A stretch of DNA of 40,831 bases from a virus. Positions 7,891 to 13,824 of this stretch are shown here, one piece after another. A program made the position numbers and the translations under genes. Position 1 is the stretch's first letter, and each line of letters opens with the position of its first letter. The notes beneath the pieces are model-generated. The model was not told the origin of the DNA, made no database searches, and saw only the letters and a list, made by a program, of their open reading frames with translations. The stretch lies in IMG/VR virus record IMGVR_UViG_3300045988_122236, positions 1-40,831 of that record. The stretch is one strand, 5' to 3'.

Positions 7891-7917
7891 GACAAACAAG
7901 AGAGCCAAAGTTATAAT
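7889..7917 (+). promoter_or_regulatory. Consensus sigma-70-type promoter TTGACA-17-TATAAT pointing right, toward the CI-like gene.
   Basis: TTGACA at 7889-7894, 17-nt spacer, TATAAT at 7912-7917. Confidence 0.6.
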
Positions 7918-7991
7918 GAAGTTGTCAGAAATCATTGGTAAGCCGCTGAAACATGGGGCTTGGCTTTTGCTTTGCTTGTTTGTATACTATG

Positions 7992-8020
7992 ATTATATCT
8001 CATTTACATTAGTTTTGCAA
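7992..8020 (-). promoter_or_regulatory. Near-consensus promoter TTGCAA-17-TATAAT on the minus strand, pointing left toward the cro-like gene.
   Basis: -35 at 8020-8015, 17-nt spacer containing TCTCATT, -10 at 7997-7992. Confidence 0.55.
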
Positions 8021-8047
8021 TAGCTACGCATTAGTTTCATTAGTTTC
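8008..8047. repeat. Three copies of ATTAGTTT(C): 8008-8015, 8030-8038 and 8039-8047, the last two in tandem. They overlap or lie upstream of the leftward -35.
   Basis: Read directly. Candidate repressor-binding direct repeats. Confidence 0.5.
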
Positions 8048-8081
8048 AGCGGATTGCACAAAATGAGGTGTAAGCATTTAT

Positions 8082-8408
8082 ATGTTTTGGGATAATTTTG
8101 TGCGCTTGTGTAATCAAGCAGGCAAATACCCTAATACCGTTGCGGCAGAGGTTGGTGTAAAATCCACTGGCACGGTAACGGGGTGGAAAAACGGGGCAAA
8201 TCCAAGGCAGGCTGTCTTGTTAAAACTAGCTGATTACTTCGGCGTGACCGTTGACTACCTTTTAAACGCAGAAAAAGAAAACCCCACCAGCGTTGCCGCT
8301 GATGGGGTGGATGAGCTTGATAAAGAGGCTCTGAACATTATGCACCAGCTGCCGCCGGAGAAGCGGGCGGCGGGTCTGGCGATGCTGCGAGGGCTTTTAA
8401 ATAATTGA
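8082..8408 (+). CDS. CI-like XRE-family repressor.
   Basis: HTH NTVAAEVGVKSTGTVTGWKNGANP...LLKLADYFGVTVDYLL. It is divergent from cro-like and co-directional with the integrase. Confidence 0.8.
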   Translation: MFWDNFVRLCNQAGKYPNTVAAEVGVKSTGTVTGWKNGANPRQAVLLKLADYFGVTVDYLLNAEKENPTSVAADGVDELDKEALNIMHQLPPEKRAAGLAMLRGLLNN

Positions 8409-8520
8409 TATAGGCTGCCTTATCTGGCAGTTGATGAAGCATGGCGATAAATTCCCGGTCGCTGATTTCCTGCATGGTCGTTCTCCTTCTTTATGTAGCT
8501 GCTGTTTTCGATACAACTAT

Positions 8521-8541
8521 AACACAACTAACAGTTGTGTT
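8521..8541. promoter_or_regulatory. Perfect 9-3-9 palindrome AACACAACT-aac-AGTTGTGTT, immediately upstream of a TTGACA at 8545-8550.
   Basis: Read directly. Lies in the intergenic region between the repressor and the moron gene. Confidence 0.5.
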
Positions 8542-8851
8542 CCATTGACAAAATGCACAAAATAGGTTGTATTGGTTTTACTGTACGGATTATGGGACGT
8601 TTTTTCTTTCTGGTTCTGCCGTGATGGGCGGGCGGAGGCTCTTGCACTTTGCACATATCGCAGCTCCTTTTGTTTAAAGTGTACTACACCCACAATAGGA
8701 TTTTTGTCAGAGCGTGTAAATAACCAGAAAAGAAAATTCTATACATGACGGAATACATCGGCTTTCGGGGGTGAGTTGCGGAAAATGTGGCTGGTGCTTG
8801 ATGTGTCGATTGGGTCGATTGGGTTTGTGAGGTATCAAAGAGGTGGCATAG

Positions 8852-9607
8852 ATGCCGAAACCGTTAGTCTTTTGGCGTACTGATGAAAAGGATGACTATG
8901 TACACACAGAAAAAGACTGTGTAGAAATAGTCAATGCAAAGACGGTACAATGTGGGGCGATTGAGGATGCGCAACGGAGCGGGCATACAAGAGCTTGCCC
9001 ATACTGCCAGAGAGCGCGGAATTTATCAGAGAGAAAAGAAGCCGCTGTTGTAAAAATTAAGGCGGACGCGCCAGCAGTACAAAAAGCTCCCGTATGGATT
9101 GCAACGCTTGCAGCTGTTGCGTGTACATGGCTGTGTTGCTGGTTATACTATAATGAGCAAAGCACAGATATAAAAAATGCTGCATATAACGATGGGTATG
9201 TTGCAGCAGAAACGGATTATTCGGAAACGTACGAAAGCCGTTACCGCGAAGGGTATGACACAGGTAAATCCGCAGGTTATGACTATGGAAAACGCGAAGG
9301 ATATACAAGCGGATACACTGAAGGATATACAAAAGGGAAAGATTCTGTAGATACCGATTCAAGCTATCAGGACGGATATAACAACGGCTATAACAAAGGA
9401 TACGATGCCGGTTATAATGACGGTGCCGGAAGCTATAGCCAATACAGTGCACCACAAAGCAGTTATACATATACTGTTTATATCACCGCAACAGGGAACA
9501 AATATCATGCGGCGGGGTGCCAGTATCTTAAAAAGAGCTGTATCCCTATAGATATAAACCAAGCAATATCGCAAGGATACACGGCATGCAGTCGATGCAA
9601 TCCGTAA
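8852..9607 (+). CDS. Membrane-anchored moron protein with duplicated (K)YH..C...C..C modules at both termini, one TM helix and a Tyr/Gly/Asp-rich repeat region.
   Basis: GAGGTGG SD 6 nt upstream. TM helix APVWIATLAAVACTWLCCWLYY. Repeats EGYDTGKSAGYDYGKREGYTSGYTEGY...DGYNNGYNKGYDAGYNDG. Visibly AT-richer than its neighbours. Confidence 0.75.
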   Translation: MPKPLVFWRTDEKDDYVHTEKDCVEIVNAKTVQCGAIEDAQRSGHTRACPYCQRARNLSERKEAAVVKIKADAPAVQKAPVWIATLAAVACTWLCCWLYYNEQSTDIKNAAYNDGYVAAETDYSETYESRYREGYDTGKSAGYDYGKREGYTSGYTEGYTKGKDSVDTDSSYQDGYNNGYNKGYDAGYNDGAGSYSQYSAPQSSYTYTVYITATGNKYHAAGCQYLKKSCIPIDINQAISQGYTACSRCNP

Positions 9608-9712
9608 CAAAGTAAAAAGCCCCTGCCGGTGGGACAAGCACCGACAAGGGCAAAGGGTGTCAGCATTACGCTGGCATCTTTTAGTATATAGCGATTTTAA
9701 GAGGGTGTCAAC

Positions 9713-10855
9713 ATGGCAAGAGCAAAAGCGCGGGCCGATGGGCTAATTGAACGAACAAAAACCTACGACGGCAAGCGGGTACACTTTTACGGCAAGACCG
9801 CGAAAGAGGTCGCCGCAAAAATTGAAGAGTACGAACGCCAGCGGGAAGCGGTGAAAGAGAACGGCCCACTGTTTGAGGATGTGGCCGGTGAATGGTGGGA
9901 GACCCATTCAAAAAATATCAAGACCGGCGCGGAAAGAGCCTACAAGGGCAGCTACAAGGCCGCGCTGGAAGAGTTTAGCGGGTACAGAATGAAAGAGATA
10001 ACCCCTGCTGTGGTGTCGCTGTGGGGCGAGAAATTCAAGGCCGCAGGATATGCAGGGAAGACGGCAAGCAACGCCCGGAGCGTGTTGTCTTGTGTGTTCA
10101 AGTTTTGGTGCGTCCGGGATGGCGAAACATACAACCCGGTAACAGTTACAGATTTGCCGCGAGGAATGAAAAAGGAGCGCCGGGAGCCGCCAACGGTGGA
10201 ACAGCTGGAAACGGTCAAGGCACACCCGGAAGGGTTCGGGCTGTGTGCCTGGCTGTTCATGTACACCGGCTGCAGGTTGGGCGAGGTGCTGGCTCTGCAG
10301 TGGGGGGATGTGGATTTTGAAAACAACAAGATCGTCGTCAACAAGGAAGTCGCATGGGTAAATGCGAAGCCCGTTGTACAAACACCGAAAACCGCAAACG
10401 GTGTGCGAGTAGTGCCGCTGCTGACACCGCTGCGGGCCGTGCTGGAGCCGTTGAAGGGCGGCAAGAATGATTTTATATTAGGCGGGAAAAAACCGCTTAA
10501 AAGCTACGAATACCATAATAATTGGCTGCGCTATTGTGTTGCTGTCGGCATGGCTGAAATAGATGCAAAAGCAGAGGCAGCACGAGAACGGAAGCGGGCC
10601 GCAGCTGCCGGAGGGTCAGAACGGAAAAAGCAGTGCAAGACGCACTGCTACAAGGCCAGCGTAACGGCACACCAGTTCCGGCACGAGTATGCCAGCATGT
10701 TATATGCTGCAGGCATCGGAGAAATGGAAGCTCAAAAGCTGATGGGGCATGCCGATATATCTACGACGCGGAAAGTTTACACGCATATCCGAGAACGACA
10801 GTTAAACGAAGCGGCGGAAGCGCTCGAAAAATTTATAAACGATAATACGAAATAA
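9713..10855 (+). CDS. int: Tyrosine recombinase / phage integrase.
   Basis: GCRLGEVLALQWGDVD (Arg box), HQFRHEYASMLY, LMGHADISTTRKVYTH (H-x-x-R ... Y catalytic pattern). attP-like region lies downstream. Confidence 0.92.
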   Translation: MARAKARADGLIERTKTYDGKRVHFYGKTAKEVAAKIEEYERQREAVKENGPLFEDVAGEWWETHSKNIKTGAERAYKGSYKAALEEFSGYRMKEITPAVVSLWGEKFKAAGYAGKTASNARSVLSCVFKFWCVRDGETYNPVTVTDLPRGMKKERREPPTVEQLETVKAHPEGFGLCAWLFMYTGCRLGEVLALQWGDVDFENNKIVVNKEVAWVNAKPVVQTPKTANGVRVVPLLTPLRAVLEPLKGGKNDFILGGKKPLKSYEYHNNWLRYCVAVGMAEIDAKAEAARERKRAAAAGGSERKKQCKTHCYKASVTAHQFRHEYASMLYAAGIGEMEAQKLMGHADISTTRKVYTHIRERQLNEAAEALEKFINDNTK

Positions 10856-10861
10856 ATTTTA

Positions 10862-10892
10862 AACCGGCTGTGCCAAAAACAGCCGGTTTTTT
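10862..10892 (+). terminator. Intrinsic terminator after int.
   Basis: AACCGGCTGT-gccaaaa-ACAGCCGGTT followed by a T-run. Confidence 0.8.
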
Positions 10893-10970
10893 ACGACGTT
10901 TTTACGACACTGGTACAAGAATTACTGCGTTTACGACATGTTTACGACCTGTTTTTTTACTGTTTAGGAC
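10891..10970 (+). repeat. attP arm, left: four direct TTACGAC copies (10891, 10902, 10931, 10942) plus a degenerate TTAGGAC (10964).
   Basis: Read directly. The arrangement matches arm-type integrase binding sites. Confidence 0.7.
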
Positions 10971-10993
10971 GTAAAAAAACATACAAAAACAAG

Positions 10994-11039
10994 AAAAAAG
11001 CGCGTTGCAAAGTGGATTTGCTTTGCCAACGCGCTTTTT
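10994..11039. terminator. Bidirectional hairpin terminator (GCGCGTTGCAAAG...CTTTGcCAACGCGC) flanked by A- and T-runs. On the minus strand it directly follows the tRNA 3' fragment.
   Basis: 13-bp stem with one bulge, A6 upstream and T5 downstream. Confidence 0.75.
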
Positions 11040-11043
11040 GGGG

Positions 11044-11071
11044 TGGAGCTAGTAACAGGAATCGAACCTGA
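11044..11071 (-). other. attP core candidate: 3' end of a tRNA gene (T-arm, 7-nt acceptor strand TACTAGC, discriminator T, encoded CCA).
   Basis: The minus strand reads CAGGTTCGATTCCTGTTACTAGCTCCA. It contains the GGTTCGATTCC T-loop signature. Only the 3' part is present. Confidence 0.7.
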
Positions 11072-11105
11072 ATAGATTGACGATATACAGTCAATAATAA
11101 AACAT

Positions 11106-11175
11106 TTACGACTTAATTACGACTGTCCAAAATAATAAAGCCGCCCAATATGAGCGGCTTCTTGTTCAGTCGTAA
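11106..11175. repeat. attP arm, right: TTACGAC at 11106 and 11117 (direct) and GTCGTAA at 11169 (inverted).
   Basis: Read directly. Confidence 0.6.
11128..11160 (-). terminator. Intrinsic terminator ending the leftward accessory operon.
   Basis: On the minus strand, AAGCCGC-N9-GCGGCTT is followed by TATTATTTT. Confidence 0.7.
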
Positions 11176-11333
11176 ATTTCATTAAACCATATCGGGCCGA
11201 AGCGGTAGCTGATGACGTAGCCGGAGCCGGACGGGCCGACGGGTTGCGCGTTGAGCATCGCAGTGCGGGCACCGGCAGCGAAGGACGCCGCCAGCGCGGC
11301 GGCGATAATGACAGCGGCAAATGCTTTTTTCAT
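11166..11333 (-). CDS. 55-aa secreted small protein (MKKAFAAVIIAAALAASFAAGA...). Below the ORF-track size cut-off.
   Basis: AAGGAG SD 9 nt upstream of the ATG at 11333. Signal-peptide-like n/h regions. Terminator immediately downstream. The longer track ORFs here are in other frames and look like junk. Confidence 0.55.
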   Translation of the reverse strand: MKKAFAAVIIAAALAASFAAGARTAMLNAQPVGPSGSGYVISYRFGPIWFNEIYD

Positions 11334-11347
11334 GGCGTAGTACTCCT

Positions 11348-11533
11348 TTACAGTTCAATTTCTGGGCCGTTTGCAATGCGGCGAAGCTCAGCAAGGTCGC
11401 TGCTGAATAACGCCAGCGCTTGCTTGATGATTTCCGCGTCCGCATCCTGATACTGCGGCAGGACATCTTGTAAAATCTTAATGCGGCGCTGTACCGTGTC
11501 GGCAGCATAAATGGCGAGAACTCTGGAATTCAT
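11348..11533 (-). CDS. Hypothetical 61-aa protein.
   Basis: AAAGGAG SD. Co-directional in the accessory operon. Confidence 0.55.
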   Translation of the reverse strand: MNSRVLAIYAADTVQRRIKILQDVLPQYQDADAEIIKQALALFSSDLAELRRIANGPEIEL

Positions 11534-11548
11534 GGGGGAGCTCCTTTC

Positions 11549-11923
11549 TTATTCTGCATTTGCGCGGCGGATGATCTCGGCCAGAATCTTGTCGCGGTTC
11601 TCGTTTGTGGCGGGCAGCATCCAATCGAAGTCAATCACCAGGCGCTTGCCGCTCTCGTGTAGCTTGGTGGTGGGGTTGTAGCGGCCCCAACATCCGCGCT
11701 CGTCGTAGACGTAGACATCTACAGACCAGTAGGACGGCAGCACGTAGGAGATGAAGCCGTGACGGTGCCAGAGGTTGGGCAAGCTGTTTTTATAACTGTT
11801 GTCGGGGTGGATGGCGGTAAAATCAACCGCGACGGTTTCGCCGCGCGGGGTAGTCCCGGCGAAGTTGTAGGTGGTGAGCGTGGCGGTTCGCTCTTGGATG
11901 GTGCAATCTTTCAAGTCGATCAT
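11549..11923 (-). CDS. Hypothetical 124-aa protein (MIDLKDCTIQERTATL...).
   Basis: ATG at 11923 with an AAAAGGAG SD. The track extension to 12070 lacks an SD and overlaps the repeat element. Confidence 0.65.
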   Translation of the reverse strand: MIDLKDCTIQERTATLTTYNFAGTTPRGETVAVDFTAIHPDNSYKNSLPNLWHRHGFISYVLPSYWSVDVYVYDERGCWGRYNPTTKLHESGKRLVIDFDWMLPATNENRDKILAEIIRRANAE

Positions 11924-11993
11924 GTTATTAACTCCTTTTCTGTTTTGGGATATGGGGCGGGGCTGCTTTGCGCTGTGCAGCCCTGCGAGAGTT
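11924..11993 (-). repeat. Intercistronic element copy A: stop codon, 7-bp hairpin GGGCTGC/GCAGCCC, then ATCCCA and GAAAAGGAGTT SD.
   Basis: Alignable by eye to 12635..12699 with one compensatory base-pair change in the stem. Confidence 0.7.
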
Positions 11994-12458
11994 TCAGCGG
12001 TGGACAAGTCCATAATAGAAGTGCTGCAGGCCGTGACGGACAAAAGCCATATATAGCAGCCCTTGTGCATCGCTGCTGTGCGGTTCGCCCATCAAAAAAC
12101 CCTTGTGACCATCGCGGCGCAGATCGCGCGGCAGGCTGTACGGTGGCATGCAGTTCAGCATATCGTCATACACGTCGGCGGTAATGGCCTGGCCTGGGCG
12201 GGCGTTAAACGTTCCACTGCGCTCCCAGTCGGCGCGGGTGTAGGTGTCGGCGGTGGGCCGGTCGGCGGCCAGGTCGCAGTAGTGGTTGAACATCAGGCGG
12301 GCGTCCTTCGGGTCGTTGGTGTGGTAGCACTCGATTTCCCGGTCGTCGGGGCACATGGCCATTACTTCAATATAGCCACATTCGGCGGTGAGGTCTGCCG
12401 CGTCGATGATGATCTTGCGGCCTTGCCAAATGGTTTCGGTGTGGTGTAGGGTTTTCAT
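11994..12458 (-). CDS. Hypothetical 154-aa protein.
   Basis: ORF with an ATG start. Protein-like composition with no assignable motif. Confidence 0.65.
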   Translation of the reverse strand: MKTLHHTETIWQGRKIIIDAADLTAECGYIEVMAMCPDDREIECYHTNDPKDARLMFNHYCDLAADRPTADTYTRADWERSGTFNARPGQAITADVYDDMLNCMPPYSLPRDLRRDGHKGFLMGEPHSSDAQGLLYMAFVRHGLQHFYYGLVHR

Positions 12459-12472
12459 GGTGGTGAATCTCC

Positions 12473-12634
12473 TTAATAGATAATAACTGTTTTGATAATG
12501 CGGATGCCTGCGGCGCGGTAGCTTGCAAGCAGGGCGTCAAGGCCGCCCGCCTGCTGCACATCGACGGCGTTGTATACCGACGCGCCGACCTGCCCCGGAA
12601 TTCCGTTGTCGTGAATGATGGTTAATTCTTTCAT
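12473..12634 (-). CDS. Hypothetical 53-aa protein (MKELTIIHDNGIPGQVGASVYNAVDVQQAGG...). Below the ORF-track cut-off.
   Basis: ATG at 12634 preceded by AAAAGGAG. Fills the gap between two genes in frame. Confidence 0.5.
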   Translation of the reverse strand: MKELTIIHDNGIPGQVGASVYNAVDVQQAGGLDALLASYRAAGIRIIKTVIIY

Positions 12635-12699
12635 GGTGTGAACTCCTTTTCAATTTTGTAGTGGGATAGGGTCGCTTTGCTGTGCGGCCCTGCAAGGTA
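12635..12699 (-). repeat. Intercistronic element copy B (hairpin GGGCCGC/GCGaCCC, then ATCCCA and GAAAAGGAGTT SD).
   Basis: See copy A. Confidence 0.7.
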
Positions 12700-13233
12700 T
12701 CAGGCGGGGATGGTTTCGCGGTCGCGAGTTTGGTAGCTCTGGCCGCTGTACTTGTTATAAATGTCTTGGTAGCTGGCTTTACGGTTCCGGCGGCTGGTGT
12801 CGCCGGTGGGATGCCAGTAGTATTTGCAGCGGTTAGCAGACCAGCGAAAACCGAGTTTTTCGAGGGTGTGCAGCCACTTGTGGTTTGTGTCGGCCCAAAT
12901 CCAGGAGCCGACAACGTCGAACTGCAAACCGGGGCACTTGGCCAGCTCTTCGGCAATCTTGACGGCCTCTGCATCTTGCGCGGCCTTGGCGGCATCATCT
13001 GCCGCTTTGGTCTGCTCGTACTGCTGGCGGCCTTGCTTGGCCTGCTCACTGCAGAAGCGGGGGAGCGTGGGCTTCAGCTCGTCCCACTCGGCGTTGATTT
13101 CCTGCATGTCGGTGACGCTGCCGCCGTGATCGGGGTGGTGCTTGCTGGCCAGGTCGCGATACATCGCGGTGCCTTCGGTAATGGTGCTGGGGCGGGGGTT
13201 AAACCATTTGTAGGTTTTATATGTGGTAGTCAT
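12700..13233 (-). CDS. J-domain (DnaJ-like HPD motif) protein with a C-terminal domain of unknown function.
   Basis: MYRDLASKHHPDHGGSVTDMQEINAEWDEL matches the helix II-HPD-helix III signature. AGGAGGAA SD. First gene of the leftward accessory operon. Confidence 0.75.
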   Translation of the reverse strand: MTTTYKTYKWFNPRPSTITEGTAMYRDLASKHHPDHGGSVTDMQEINAEWDELKPTLPRFCSEQAKQGRQQYEQTKAADDAAKAAQDAEAVKIAEELAKCPGLQFDVVGSWIWADTNHKWLHTLEKLGFRWSANRCKYYWHPTGDTSRRNRKASYQDIYNKYSGQSYQTRDRETIPA

Positions 13234-13286
13234 GTTGTTTCCTCCTGTGGGGCCGTTGGGCGGCTGTTCTTTGTTTCGATGGCTTT

Positions 13287-13315
13287 ATTATACATGCTAG
13301 CATGAACAATGTCAA
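13287..13315 (-). promoter_or_regulatory. Perfect-consensus promoter TTGACA-17-TATAAT (minus strand) for the accessory operon. The palindrome CATGCTAGCATG fills its spacer.
   Basis: -35 at 13315-13310, -10 at 13292-13287, operator at 13293-13304. Confidence 0.7.
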
Positions 13316-13389
13316 CATGCTATCATGAAGATTGGAGAAATGCACAATAATGCTAGCATGAATCTATGCAATTTGTACATGCTTGCATG
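13293..13389. promoter_or_regulatory. Array of four 12-bp palindromic operators: CATGCTAGCATG (13293), CATGCTATCATG (13316), AATGCTAGCATG (13349), CATGCTTGCATG (13378). Related half-sites occur at 13401 and 13653.
   Basis: Read directly from the sequence. Confidence 0.8.
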
Positions 13390-13411
13390 ATTCGGCGTTC
13401 TATGCTATAAT
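13383..13411 (+). promoter_or_regulatory. Promoter TTGCAT-17-TATAAT for the RHH gene. Its -35 lies inside operator 4.
   Basis: Motif spacing was counted directly. Confidence 0.6.
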
Positions 13412-13441
13412 GTGGGTACTATACAAAAGGAGGCACGCAGA

Positions 13442-13642
13442 ATGTCAACCGATGCAAAACGGGCCGGGAATGCGCGATACTTGGCAAAGCTGAAAACTAT
13501 TACAGTAAGGATGCAGCCGGATACAGCGGAAACTATCCAGCAGGCAGCAGCAGCAGCCGGGGAAAGCGTTAACGGCTATATCCTGGCGGCAGTAGATGCG
13601 AGACTGCAACGAGAAAATCACGATAAACCGAAAAACACTTGA
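13442..13642 (+). CDS. Ribbon-helix-helix (Arc/CopG-like) DNA-binding protein.
   Basis: KTITVRMQPDTAETIQQAAAAAGESVNGYILAAVDARL gives a beta-alpha-alpha pattern. AAAGGAGG SD before the ATG at 13442. Confidence 0.7.
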   Translation: MSTDAKRAGNARYLAKLKTITVRMQPDTAETIQQAAAAAGESVNGYILAAVDARLQRENHDKPKNT

Positions 13643-13667
13643 CAAAATCGCACTTGCATGCTAAAAT
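13639..13667 (+). promoter_or_regulatory. Late-operon promoter candidate TTGACA-17-TAAAAT, with a second TATAAT at 13671-13676. The operator-like CTTGCATGC lies in the spacer.
   Basis: Motifs were counted directly. The -35 overlaps the RHH stop codon. Confidence 0.5.
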
Positions 13668-13764
13668 GTGTATAATGAGCGAACCACGCGAGGAAGCGAG
13701 CTTCCGCGACGGGGCTCACTCATTATACAGTTTTGACGTATCAACGCGAAAAATTAGGTTTCTG

Positions 13765-13795
13765 GCGTCCAGCTTTACCGCTGGGCGCTTTTTTT
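13765..13795 (+). terminator. Strong intrinsic terminator 30 nt upstream of terS.
   Basis: 9-bp stem GCGTCCAGC/GCTGGGCGC, 6-nt loop, T7 run. Confidence 0.8.
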
Positions 13796-13824
13796 GTTGC
13801 TATTTAAGATAGGAGGGCGGCAAC

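Noticed and set aside
9952-10464. 170-aa and 157-aa minus-strand ORFs inside the integrase gene.
   Set aside because: They are antisense shadow ORFs. The plus-strand integrase has full catalytic motifs.
11117-11508. Track ORFs 11117..11320(-) and 11182..11508(-) as genes next to attP.
   Set aside because: They translate to Pro/Arg/Ser-rich junk and have no SD. The SD-led 55-aa signal-peptide ORF (11166..11333) and the 61-aa ORF (11348..11533) explain the region better.
12537-13305. Alternative-frame ORFs over the J-domain gene (12537..13049 -, 12682..13305 +, 12824..13129 +).
   Set aside because: They lack an SD and have junk composition. The 12700..13233 frame has an AGGAGGAA SD and the HPD motif.
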